Assembly: GCA_964520325.1 (NCBI GenBank)
Contig: CAZFOB010000001.1
Coordinates: 193,556 to 257,555, forward strand
Reading direction: 5' to 3'
Length of the DNA stretch: 64,000 nt
Source of the DNA: an uncultured Actinomycetes bacterium
GTDB taxonomy: Bacteria; Actinomycetota; JAICYB01
Position 1 is the first letter of the stretch; each line of letters starts with the position of its first letter. The notes beneath the pieces were generated by a model. It made no database searches. It was not told where the DNA came from and was given only the letters and a program-made list of their open reading frames with translations. The translations under genes were made by a program, and so were the position numbers. Below are positions 1-8,657 of this stretch, piece by piece.

Positions 1-669
1 GATGTTCGCGCCCGACATAGGTGAGGCGTCTTCGTCCAGCAACGAGACGACCAGACGCCCGACGTCCTCCGGCTGCAGGCCGGGGTTGAGATGAGGCGCG
101 GCCGCGCGGAGCATGTCGGTATCGACCGCGCCCGGCGAGATACAGATGGCGCTGATGTTGTGGTCGCGTCCCTCGACGGCCAGCGCCTCGGTCAATCCGA
201 TCACGCCGAACTTCGAGACGTTGTAGGCGGCGAGCCCCGGGAACTTCTCGGTCGCGTACACCCCGGAGAGGGACCCGACGGTCACGATGCGACCGCCACC
301 CGATGACTTCATCGCTTTGAATGCGTGGCGTGCGCACAGGAACGTGCCCGTGAGATTGGTCGCGATCGTGCGATCCCAGATCTCCGGAGTTGTGTCTTCG
401 ATGAGCGCCTTGTCGAGGATGCCCGCCGCGCAGACGAGCACTGCGACCGGTCCGAGCGCAGCCGTCTCCTCGAAGAGGCGATCGACCTCTTCGACGCGAG
501 AGACGTCGCAGCGGACGGCAAGCGCTGCACCCTCTGGTGAGCCCTCGCTTCGGGCAGCCGCCACGACCTGCATACCGGCTCGGCTCAGCGCCTCGGCCGT
601 TGCGCGCCCGATCCCGCGACTGGCACCGGTAACGATGCCGACTCTCCCACGCAGCCATCCGGTTCCCAT
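1..669 (-). CDS. Short-chain dehydrogenase/reductase (SDR) family oxidoreductase; start codon at 667-669, 3' end runs off the window; candidate sepiapterin-reductase-like enzyme of the pterin operon
   Basis: Minus-strand translation begins MGTGWLRGRVGIVTGASRGIGRATAEAL (TGxxxGxG Rossmann motif) with later YxxxK-type SDR features. Its ATG overlaps the upstream GT stop (ATGA at 666-671). Absent from the ORF track only because it is edge-truncated. Confidence 0.8.
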   Translation of the reverse strand, partial: MGTGWLRGRVGIVTGASRGIGRATAEALSRAGMQVVAAARSEGSPEGAALAVRCDVSRVEEVDRLFEETAALGPVAVLVCAAGILDKALIEDTTPEIWDRTIATNLTGTFLCARHAFKAMKSSGGGRIVTVGSLSGVYATEKFPGLAAYNVSKFGVIGLTEALAVEGRDHNISAICISPGAVDTDMLRAAAPHLNPGLQPEDVGRLVVSLLDEDASPMSGANI

Positions 670-1712
670 CAGGCACACAGCTTGGCGTACAGCACCTCGT
701 GCGCGTCGAGCGTGCGCTCGAGCGACAGGTGGGTCTCGGCGTGCTTACGGCAGTGCGCGCGATCGAGTTGGGGCACGTTCGAGACAGCCGCCGCCGCCTC
801 GCCGACGTCTCTTGTGAGAAAGCCGGTCACACCATCGGCGACGATCTCCACAAGCGCGCCTCGCGCGAACGCGATCACCGGTGTCCCTGCCGCCTGTGCC
901 TCGGCCGCGACGAGACCGTACGGTTCGTCCCATCGCACTGGACAGAGCACCGCCAGCGACCGCGCCATGAGCTCCCATAGTTGCGCGCGCGGGAGCGCGT
1001 CGAGGACGTGGACGCCTCCGCCACTACGGATCGCCGCCGCGTATCTCTCGTCGTAGGCACTCCCGACCACGGTGATCTCCGTTCCGGCCGAGCGTGCGAT
1101 CTCGATCGCATCGGTCGCGCCCTTCTCCGCACTGAATCGTCCGGCGAAGAGCAGACCCTCGCCTGCACGTTCCGACCACGGGATGCGATCGACGGGGACA
1201 CCGTTCCGCAGGACGACGTCAACCTCGATCATCCGGCGCCACGCGCGTGCGTGCGAGTCCGAAACGCAGGCAACGGTCGCCGTGGCGTTGTGGAGAGCGC
1301 GCGCGATCGACTCGGTCGGTGGCAGATGCAACGTGTGCACGACCGGGACGTCCGCCGGGGCGAGCTCGATCGCCGGGACGTCGAAGGCGTGGTTGTGGAC
1401 GACGTCGAAGCCCAAACCGCGGACGAGCGAATAGACGTGGGCAAACGCATCCCGTGCGATGTCGTGATCGCCCGAGTCCGGCCGTCCAGGAGAGCGGGGC
1501 GCCCGGAAGAATGTCGCCTCGAGCATCTCCGGGTTGATCCCCGTGTCAACGATGCGAACGCCCTCGATCTCTGAACCCGAGGCTGCGAAAACGACGACGT
1601 CGTGACCGCGCTCCGTCAGACCTACGGCGATGTCGGCCAGTAGAGCTTGGGATCCCCCGAGCTGCGGGTCGCGGATCGCCGTCACGTGCGGAGCAACGAA
1701 GCCGATCCTCAT
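669..1712 (-). CDS. Glycosyltransferase, group 1 (GT4-like)
   Basis: 347 aa. MRIGFVAPH...GGSQALLADIAVGLTERGHDVVVF N-terminal GT-B fold; C-terminal EPYGLVAAEAQAAGTPVIA sugar-donor motif typical of GT4/group-1 enzymes. ATGA overlap with the upstream methyltransferase. Confidence 0.85.
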   Translation of the reverse strand: MRIGFVAPHVTAIRDPQLGGSQALLADIAVGLTERGHDVVVFAASGSEIEGVRIVDTGINPEMLEATFFRAPRSPGRPDSGDHDIARDAFAHVYSLVRGLGFDVVHNHAFDVPAIELAPADVPVVHTLHLPPTESIARALHNATATVACVSDSHARAWRRMIEVDVVLRNGVPVDRIPWSERAGEGLLFAGRFSAEKGATDAIEIARSAGTEITVVGSAYDERYAAAIRSGGGVHVLDALPRAQLWELMARSLAVLCPVRWDEPYGLVAAEAQAAGTPVIAFARGALVEIVADGVTGFLTRDVGEAAAAVSNVPQLDRAHCRKHAETHLSLERTLDAHEVLYAKLCA

Positions 1713-2437
1713 AGCACGCGTTTGTGGGCCCAGTCGCGCGGTGGGTTCATGCCGAGCAGGTCGTATGGAACGTGCGCGTTACCACGCGCCCTGATCTGAT
1801 CCGCCGCAGCCGGATAGAAGATCCGAGCGAGCTCGACGGCGTTGTCGACCGTCCCGAAGTCGACGTCCATATCGCCGTCGAACGACTCATAGGTGAAACC
1901 TCGGTCGGTCAGCCACTCAACCTCTGCCGGCCAGACGAACGCGATCGTTCCGCCGGGAGCGGTCGCCCGCTCCATCTCCGCAAGTCCCGCTGCACCGCCG
2001 TGGCCGTCCACGGTGGTGAAGGCCGAGCACGAGACGACGAGGTCGGCCGCGCCGTCCGGCACAGGGATCGCATCGAAGTATCCGCCGACGATCACGACGC
2101 CCGAAAGTCGCTTGCGCGTGAGGAGCTCGCGCAAGCTCGCCGCAGGCTCGACGGCGACAACCCGGTCGTAGCGGGTCGAGAGCGAGCACGTCAGTCGGCC
2201 GGTGCCCGCCGCCACCTCGACGACGGTTCGTGCGTCGGGCAATGCATCGAGCACGCGAGGGTGGATGCGTTCGCCGGCGATGAGTCGCTCGTAAAGCTCG
2301 GGCTCCTTGCGGTAGAGGATCTCCCACGCCAGAGACTCCGGGGCGTCGTCGATGAAGCGGCGCCGCTCCTCGGTGTTGAGGAGCTCGAGGTCTTCTTGCC
2401 CGTAACGACCGACGAGTGAGCCGGGCGCGTTAGTCAC
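1709..2437 (-). CDS. Class I SAM-dependent methyltransferase
   Basis: 242 aa. VVEVAAGTGRLTCSLS (motif I, GxGxG-like) and DLVVSCSAF motif II. GTG start overlaps the PTPS stop by 8 nt. Confidence 0.85.
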   Translation of the reverse strand: MTNAPGSLVGRYGQEDLELLNTEERRRFIDDAPESLAWEILYRKEPELYERLIAGERIHPRVLDALPDARTVVEVAAGTGRLTCSLSTRYDRVVAVEPAASLRELLTRKRLSGVVIVGGYFDAIPVPDGAADLVVSCSAFTTVDGHGGAAGLAEMERATAPGGTIAFVWPAEVEWLTDRGFTYESFDGDMDVDFGTVDNAVELARIFYPAAADQIRARGNAHVPYDLLGMNPPRDWAHKRVL

Positions 2438-2840
2438 GTCTGCGTTCGGCCCAGTTCTTCTCGGTCTCGCTCAGTCGCACTGCATAGAGCAGTCCGGACG
2501 GGAGGTTCTGATCCAAACGGTCCCAGAAGGCGCACACGAGATTCTCGGTCGACGGGATCACACCGCGGAGCCAATCGACGTCGACGTTCAGGTTCCGGTG
2601 ATCGACGTCCTCGAGGATCTGCTTGCGCACAACTTTCGCAAGCTCACTCAGGTCGTAGAGATAACCGGTCTCCGGATCCACGTCGCCGCGCAACGACACC
2701 TCGAGCACGTAGTTGTGGCCGTGGCCGTTGGGGTTGGCACACTTGCCGAAGATCTCGCGGTTGCGCTCGTCGGTGAAGGCCTCGTTGGACAGCGTGTGCC
2801 CGGCGCTGAACGTCTCGCGGCGCGTGATCACGACGGACAT
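2430..2840 (-). CDS. 6-pyruvoyl-tetrahydropterin synthase (PTPS-I, eukaryote/cyanobacteria type; QueD/PTPS superfamily)
   Basis: 136 aa. FSAGHTL...FGKCANPNGHGHNYVLEV...DPETGYLYDLSELA...DHRNLNVDV...STENLVCAFWDRL aligns almost motif-for-motif with mammalian PTPS (CNNPNGHGHNY, His triad, Glu/Asp) rather than E. coli QueD (CGRLHGHSF). First gene of a four-gene minus-strand operon. Confidence 0.9.
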   Translation of the reverse strand: MSVVITRRETFSAGHTLSNEAFTDERNREIFGKCANPNGHGHNYVLEVSLRGDVDPETGYLYDLSELAKVVRKQILEDVDHRNLNVDVDWLRGVIPSTENLVCAFWDRLDQNLPSGLLYAVRLSETEKNWAERRRD

Positions 2841-2883
2841 GGACCAAGGTTATCCGGCCCCCTCGGTCGGGTATCGCCAGTCC

Positions 2884-3084
2884 ATGGCGACCAAGCGCGT
2901 GCCGATCAAGAAGCCGAGGGAGCCCGTCGCCGCTCGTGTCTGTCCGAACTGCGCGTACATCTCCGAGGAACCGGTGGCACGGTGTCCGCGCTGCAACGCC
3001 GCCATGGCCATCGAGCACGACGACAACGCTGTCGATAAGGCCGGAGCCGACTCGTTCCCGGCGAGCGATCCCCCGCAGCACTGA
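2884..3084 (+). CDS. Small zinc-ribbon protein (two CxxC pairs), function unknown
   Basis: 66 aa MATKRVPIKKPREPVAARVCPNCAYISEEPVARCPRCNAAMAIEH... with CPNC...CPRC. The longer track ORF (2713-3084) would overlap PTPS, so the internal ATG at 2884 was chosen. Confidence 0.45.
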   Translation: MATKRVPIKKPREPVAARVCPNCAYISEEPVARCPRCNAAMAIEHDDNAVDKAGADSFPASDPPQH

Positions 3085-3140
3085 AGACCGGCGCGGTAGC
3101 GTCGCGGCGAGCGCCACTCCGAGCGGAGACAGAACGACGC

Positions 3141-3524
3141 TTACTTGCGTTTCAGGTCGAGCTGCCTGGAGAGCATCTTCGGCGCCACCATGCGGTAGCT
3201 CTCCTCGACGAGCTCGGCGATCTCGTCCCAGTCCTGTTCGACGTCGAGGTACACGCCGATCCACCCCTTCGAGCCGACGTAATCGGGGACGTAGAACCGA
3301 TCGGGGGCCGAGCCGACGAGTGCCTGCTGCGCGCCGGGACGTCCCTTGATCTGCATCGAGGGGCGACCCACCTGCGTAGTGCCGCAGAAGATCTTGTCCC
3401 GCACTCGATACGCCGGAGAGGTGTGTCCGCCGAAGGGTTTGTCGACCGCTTCGGGCAAACGCAGGCAGACCTTCCGCAGGCGGGCGTACTTGCTCAAGGG
3501 AACCAGGGTGTAGCGCTTGGGCAC
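3141..3524 (-). CDS. MmcQ/YjbR family DNA-binding protein
   Basis: 127 aa. PFGGHTSPAYRVRDKIFC...GWIGVYLD pattern typical of the MmcQ/YjbR (DUF419) fold. Confidence 0.7.
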   Translation of the reverse strand: MPKRYTLVPLSKYARLRKVCLRLPEAVDKPFGGHTSPAYRVRDKIFCGTTQVGRPSMQIKGRPGAQQALVGSAPDRFYVPDYVGSKGWIGVYLDVEQDWDEIAELVEESYRMVAPKMLSRQLDLKRK

Positions 3525-3564
3525 GCCTCGACGCTACCGCGCCGGCGCCGTCGGGCTGACGTCG

Positions 3565-3783
3565 TCAGCTTGAGATGCGGCGCGGCCAGGCGATAAGAGC
3601 CAGGCCGGCGATCGCAACCACGGCACCGATCAGCACCCAGGTGGAGCTGTTCGTCATGAACGACTCGCTCACGATGACGCCGATGCCCTGAAAGAACCAG
3701 ACCCCGCCCAAAAGGACGAGCACGGCGCCGATGATCCTCCTGACCATATAACGATGGTCGCGGTGTTCCTTACGGCCGGTCAA
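3565..3783 (-). CDS. Small hydrophobic membrane protein (2 TM), hypothetical
   Basis: 72 aa with two hydrophobic helices (IIGAVLVLLGGVWFF, WVLIGAVVAIAGLALIAW). No recognised family. Confidence 0.4.
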   Translation of the reverse strand: MTGRKEHRDHRYMVRRIIGAVLVLLGGVWFFQGIGVIVSESFMTNSSTWVLIGAVVAIAGLALIAWPRRISS

Positions 3784-3800
3784 GGTGTCATCCTTCGGAC

Positions 3801-5360
3801 GTGAACGGCGAACGCCGGATCGGCGCGCTGATCGGTCTTCTGAGCGCGACGGTGGCGGTCGCCGTCGCGCACCTCTTGGCCGCTTTCATCGACGAGGCCG
3901 CCTCGCCCATCACGGCCGTCGGCGCGGCGGTCATCGATATGTCGCCGGCTGCGGTCAAAGAGTTCGCGATCAGCACCTTCGGTGCCCGCGACAAGCTTGC
4001 ACTCGTGATCGGGATCTCCGTCCTGCTCGCGGCTTTCGCAGCCGGGATGGGTGCGCTGGCGATGCGCCGTCGCTTCGTCGCCTATGCCACTCTCGGCGCG
4101 TTCGGGGCGCTCGGCGTCCTCGCTGCGATGACACGTCCTGCCGCGGGCACATTGTCCGCCCTCCCAACGATCGCCGGGATCGCGGTCGCGCTGCTGTCCA
4201 TCCGCGTCTTGTTCGCGATGACCGAGCCCCGTGGATCGCACGATGCGCCCGCTCCATCGGCAGCGCCGGTCAACGACGGTCCAAGAGAGCCGGGCTTCGA
4301 CCGCCGGCGGTTCCTGATCGCCGGCGCCGCATTCGGTGGCACGGCCGCAGCCGCGGGGATCGCAAGTCGTTTCGCGAGTGCCGCGACGCGACGGACGGTG
4401 ACCTCGCGCGCGGCACTGACGATCCCTAAGCCGTCCGATGTCGCAGCGGCAGCGTCGGGGACGGATCTCCGCATCGCCGGTCTCAGCCCCTTCCGCACAC
4501 CCAACTCGACGTTCTACCGGGTGGACACCGCGCTCTTCGTCCCGAAGATCGACGCGCGAGACTGGCGACTGCGGATCCACGGCATGGTCGATCGTGAGAT
4601 CGAGATCGACATGGAGCAACTGCTGTCGCGGCCCCTCATCGAACGCGACATCACGCTCGCGTGCGTCAGCAACGAGGTGGGTGGCTCGTACATCGGCAAC
4701 GCCAGGTGGATCGGCGCTCCGCTGAAACCGATCCTGGACGAGGCCGGCGTCCACGAGGGCGCCGACCAACTCGTGTCGCGGTCCGCCGATGGGTTCACCG
4801 CGGGCACCCCGACCGCCGACCTGATGGACGGACGCGACGCGATGCTCGCGGTCGCGATGAACGGTGAGCCGCTTCCGCTCAAGCATGGGTTCCCAGTACG
4901 TATGGTCGTGCCCGGGCTGTACGGCTACGTCTCAGCGACGAAGTGGGTGGTGGACATGAAGCTCACCACGTTCGACGCGTTCGACGCGTACTGGATCTCG
5001 CGCGGTTGGGCGCGGCGGGCACCGATCAAAACCATGTCGCGGATCGATACACCGCGCTCGTCACGGGAACTCGCGGCGGGTAACGTCGCGATCGCCGGGG
5101 TCGCTTGGGCGCAGACCAAGGGGATCGCGCGGGTCGAGGTGCGGATCGACGACGGGCCATGGGAGCGCGCTGAGCTCGCGGGCGAAGACACGATCGACAC
5201 GTGGCGGCAATGGGTCTACCGATGGAAGGCAACGCCGGGGTCGCACAGGATCGCCGTCCGCGCGACGGATAAGACCGGCTACACGCAAACTCCAAGGAAA
5301 GCACCACCCATCCCGGACGGGGCGACCGGCTGGCACACGATCTACGCAACGGTTGTGTAG
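3801..5360 (+). CDS. Molybdopterin-dependent oxidoreductase, sulfite-oxidase fold, with N-terminal 4-TM membrane domain and internal twin-arginine motif
   Basis: 519 aa. N-terminal hydrophobic helices, then DRRRFLIAGAAFGG (Tat-like), then Moco-binding core (LACVSNEVGGSYIGNARWIGAPLKPILDEAG; MVVPGLYGYVSATKWV) and a C-terminal dimerisation domain. Confidence 0.85.
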   Translation: MNGERRIGALIGLLSATVAVAVAHLLAAFIDEAASPITAVGAAVIDMSPAAVKEFAISTFGARDKLALVIGISVLLAAFAAGMGALAMRRRFVAYATLGAFGALGVLAAMTRPAAGTLSALPTIAGIAVALLSIRVLFAMTEPRGSHDAPAPSAAPVNDGPREPGFDRRRFLIAGAAFGGTAAAAGIASRFASAATRRTVTSRAALTIPKPSDVAAAASGTDLRIAGLSPFRTPNSTFYRVDTALFVPKIDARDWRLRIHGMVDREIEIDMEQLLSRPLIERDITLACVSNEVGGSYIGNARWIGAPLKPILDEAGVHEGADQLVSRSADGFTAGTPTADLMDGRDAMLAVAMNGEPLPLKHGFPVRMVVPGLYGYVSATKWVVDMKLTTFDAFDAYWISRGWARRAPIKTMSRIDTPRSSRELAAGNVAIAGVAWAQTKGIARVEVRIDDGPWERAELAGEDTIDTWRQWVYRWKATPGSHRIAVRATDKTGYTQTPRKAPPIPDGATGWHTIYATVV

Positions 5361-5501
5361 GCGGTCCGAACGCCGAACCAACGAGCCCGGCCCATCGTTA
5401 AGCTTCGCAGGACTACTCGATCAGCTCCTATTTCCTGCGGCGGGGAAGAACTCATCCAAACCGATAACTATCGCGCCGCCGCGGCGGCTGCCGCCGTTGC
5501 C

Positions 5502-7109
5502 ATGCTGGCCACTGTGTTCACGGTCGTCGACGCTCGGGCCGACAACCAACCGGTGGGCGGCGTCGTCACGGAGCAAGACCATCGCTGCGGTCGCAAGGAT
5601 CTCCCCGAGACCGGCATCCAAGGGGACGTGCCTCGCGCCGACCAGACGTCAGGACGCGCCGAGCAGGGCTACAACTGCGGCCTCGCCCTGGTGGGCCACA
5701 CAACGCTCGGCGCCCAGAAACGCCAGGCCACAGGCAACGCGAACATGGCGTGGGCAGGCAACTGCGCCTACGTTGCCGGTCCGGGTGCCGTCTTCGGCCA
5801 GCCCTCCCCCGAGCCCGGGCACGGCGTGGCCGTGGTCGACGTGTCGGACCCGGCGCACCCGCGACACGTCCGCACACTCCGCACGTCCGGCTCGATCGCG
5901 GCCTCCGAGACCCTGCACGCAGTCGAGACGGGCAAGCGATCCGTCCTCGTCGTCGGGCAGTACGGCAATCAGGCCGGCGGCAACAAGCCGATGGACGTCT
6001 ACGACGTTTCGGACTGCGCAAAGCCGCGGCTGTTGGAAACCTTCCGTTGGCCGGAGAACATCCACAACCTCACGATCTCCGGCAACGGACGCTACGTCTT
6101 CGCCACGCAGCCTCTTCAGGTTGCGGACATCGGCCCGTTGTTCGACGCGGACAAGCGCACTCGTACGAAATACCTCGGCAATCTCGAGGCCGCTACGCCG
6201 GGTCTGCCGTTCGCCGTTGGCCCCTCCGCTGATCTCGACGATGCTCTCCCGGAGTCCCTGAGAGAGGCCGACCACAACCGCTACTTGAGCCACGAAGCGT
6301 GGCCCACCTCCGACGGAACGAAGGTGTACCTCGGCGGCCAGCTCCCGGTGTTCGAGGCCTTCACGATCCTCGACATCCGCAAGTGGCTCGAGCGCGACGC
6401 CAAGGGGCGGCCCGCGGGCCCGCCGAAGGTGCTCAGCCAACGCAGCGGCCGGGGCCACTCGGTGCGCACAGCAACGATCGGCGGCCGGCCATACGTGCTC
6501 CACTCCGAGGAGAGCGTGTTCGGGCCGACGTGGGGCTGCTTGCCCGAATCACTCAACCCCTTCGCCGGCCCGGCCCAGCCCTGGCTGACCGACATCAGCG
6601 ATGAGCGGAAGCCGGTGCTGGTCTCGCAATTCGGTCTGGAGATCAACGATCCGGAGAACTGCCCCGCGCAGATCACATCGAACGTGAGGACCTCGGTCCA
6701 CTACCACGACGTCGACAACCCAAAGGACACGACGTTCGTCATGGCGTCGATGTGGAACTCAGGTGTACGACTCTTCGACGTGCGAAAGCCGTCGCGGCCG
6801 GCAGAGGTCGCGTACTTCAACCCCGGCGACGTCGACGCAACAAACGGGGTCACGCTCGATCACGCCTGGGGACACGTCCGCTTCGTGCCGGAGACCGGCC
6901 ACGTTTGGTTCGCCACCTCCGCCGGTGGCTTCTGGGTCGTCGAGATCGAGCCGCAGGTACGCCGGCGGCTCGGTCTGTATGCGAAGGGTCCCAGGCTCGA
7001 GACGCGTCACCCGATGGGGCGCCCCGCACGCCGGGGCGTGAACGTCGCAGCAGTTGCCACGGTCTTTGATGTCAGCCCGATGTACTGCACGGTTGGTCGC
7101 CTGGGCTGA
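5502..7109 (+). CDS. LVIVD-repeat beta-propeller protein (probably exported)
   Basis: 535 aa. Repeated LxVxDVSDPxxPR units (HGVAVVDVSDPAHPRHV; MDVYDVSDCAKPRLLET) characteristic of PF08309 LVIVD repeats. Start uncertain (no earlier in-frame ATG/GTG). Confidence 0.75.
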   Translation: MLATVFTVVDARADNQPVGGVVTEQDHRCGRKDLPETGIQGDVPRADQTSGRAEQGYNCGLALVGHTTLGAQKRQATGNANMAWAGNCAYVAGPGAVFGQPSPEPGHGVAVVDVSDPAHPRHVRTLRTSGSIAASETLHAVETGKRSVLVVGQYGNQAGGNKPMDVYDVSDCAKPRLLETFRWPENIHNLTISGNGRYVFATQPLQVADIGPLFDADKRTRTKYLGNLEAATPGLPFAVGPSADLDDALPESLREADHNRYLSHEAWPTSDGTKVYLGGQLPVFEAFTILDIRKWLERDAKGRPAGPPKVLSQRSGRGHSVRTATIGGRPYVLHSEESVFGPTWGCLPESLNPFAGPAQPWLTDISDERKPVLVSQFGLEINDPENCPAQITSNVRTSVHYHDVDNPKDTTFVMASMWNSGVRLFDVRKPSRPAEVAYFNPGDVDATNGVTLDHAWGHVRFVPETGHVWFATSAGGFWVVEIEPQVRRRLGLYAKGPRLETRHPMGRPARRGVNVAAVATVFDVSPMYCTVGRLG

Positions 7110-7136
7110 GTGGACCATAGACACACCTCTTGACGC

Positions 7137-7763
7137 TCAGGCCTGGTTCGTCCAGTCGAAGTCGTAGAGGATCCAGTTGCTGTCCTGGAAGCTCATGTCT
7201 ATGCCCTCTGCGGCAACGTGGAAGGTGCCTTGTCCGCAGTCTCCGCGCTTCCAGATGAATCCAGTCGAGAGATCGATTGTCACGCCGTGCGCCTCGCCGG
7301 TCACCGGGTTCTTGAGCGATCCGCCCTTCGCCTCTCCGATGCCGGGGATCGTGAAGCCGCTGTTGATCCCGTCGTCGTTGATCTCGACCGGCGCCCGCAC
7401 GACCCCAGCCACCTCGAACGTCGTCCCGAGGATCGACCACGGGAGGCCACCGAGCTGTCCCGTGAAGATCTGGGCCATCGCGCCGAGCTGATCGTCGCCG
7501 ACCTCAGGCGGCACGACGAAGACGGCCTTGCCGCCGCCATCGTGGATCGCCTTCGGCCAGTCGAAGAGAGCGACAGCCTTGATGCCACTCAGGTCGATGT
7601 CGCCGCAGCGGCCATCCACGATGTGGTTCGCCACCGCGGCCTTGCAGCTTCCGTCGGACGACGAGGGGAAGCCCGAGAAGTTGCATGTACACCCCGGCTG
7701 GCAGTTGCAGAACTCGTATCCCTTGCCCTTCAGGTACCAAGCCGTCGCAACTTCGGTCGTCAT
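7137..7763 (-). CDS. DUF1326 domain-containing protein
   Basis: 208 aa. N-terminal GYEFCNCQPGCTCNF cysteine cluster diagnostic of DUF1326. Lies 10 nt downstream of the DUF2182 gene. Confidence 0.85.
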   Translation of the reverse strand: MTTEVATAWYLKGKGYEFCNCQPGCTCNFSGFPSSSDGSCKAAVANHIVDGRCGDIDLSGIKAVALFDWPKAIHDGGGKAVFVVPPEVGDDQLGAMAQIFTGQLGGLPWSILGTTFEVAGVVRAPVEINDDGINSGFTIPGIGEAKGGSLKNPVTGEAHGVTIDLSTGFIWKRGDCGQGTFHVAAEGIDMSFQDSNWILYDFDWTNQA

Positions 7764-7773
7764 CGGTCCTCCT

Positions 7774-8565
7774 TCATGTCAAGGCCGGCAGAACGCCGGG
7801 CCGAACGAACAGAACGATACCAAGAACGAGGAAGCCGAAAGCGGCCCATCGCGCGAGGCCCTCACCCCACGAGGCGTTCTTCTCGAGAAGGATCAGCGCG
7901 GCCAGCGCAAGCATCCATCCGAGGTTCATCGTCCCGAACGCGACGAGGATCGCCATGAGCGCCCAGCAGCATCCGACGCAGTAGGCGCCGTGCGTCGCGC
8001 CCATCCGGGCGGCGCCGAGGGGTCGCGTGACCGATCCTCCGAAACGCAAGAATAGCGACATAGGTGAGCGGCAATGTCTCAGGCACGCTGCCTTCAACGG
8101 TGTGAGTTGCCATAGCGCTGCACCGATCAGGACGCCTCCAGCGCAACGGGCTGCCCAAACTTCAGCCGTCGCGATCGGATCCATCAGTGCGCGCCATGCG
8201 ACATACGCGGGCAGGCCGAGCGACGTCCATACGACGATGTATCCCGCGACGAAGAACGGGAGCGGCGCGACACGCCCGGCGGCAGCGCCGCGTCCATACA
8301 GCTTCACGACCGGCGAGATCGCTGGGAACATCATCGCGGTCATCATCGCGAGCCATGCGACCATGAAGGACGCGAGGGATAAGACGCTCTCGGCTCCCAT
8401 CGATCCCATCCCCATGGAGTCGCCCGTCATGTCCGCGACCATCCGAACCGACCACCACCAGCCAGCCACGGCGAACGCGACGAGGACGATGTGGATGCCG
8501 ACACCGTCGAGTGCACGACGACGGATCCCTGCGGTGATCCCATGGCCGGCGGAAGGAACAGGCAT
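7774..8565 (-). CDS. DUF2182 domain-containing integral membrane protein (predicted metal-binding)
   Basis: 263 aa polytopic membrane protein with the HGAYCVGCCW motif typical of DUF2182; canonical partner of DUF1326. Confidence 0.85.
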   Translation of the reverse strand: MPVPSAGHGITAGIRRRALDGVGIHIVLVAFAVAGWWWSVRMVADMTGDSMGMGSMGAESVLSLASFMVAWLAMMTAMMFPAISPVVKLYGRGAAAGRVAPLPFFVAGYIVVWTSLGLPAYVAWRALMDPIATAEVWAARCAGGVLIGAALWQLTPLKAACLRHCRSPMSLFLRFGGSVTRPLGAARMGATHGAYCVGCCWALMAILVAFGTMNLGWMLALAALILLEKNASWGEGLARWAAFGFLVLGIVLFVRPGVLPALT

Positions 8566-8657
8566 CCGGCCAACAGTACTGCTCAGCGTGAGACGTAGTC
8601 GAGCACGCGCCTTGGGTTCGCTTCGCGGCGATCCGCGGGACGGCAGGACGGCCGGCG

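Noticed and set aside
2430-2840. Annotating the PTPS-like gene as queD (queuosine biosynthesis)
   Set aside because: The active-site block matches PTPS-I (CxNPNGHGHNY) rather than QueD (CGRLHGHSF), and no queC/queE partners are nearby. Kept as PTPS-family with the caveat that only phylogeny can settle it.
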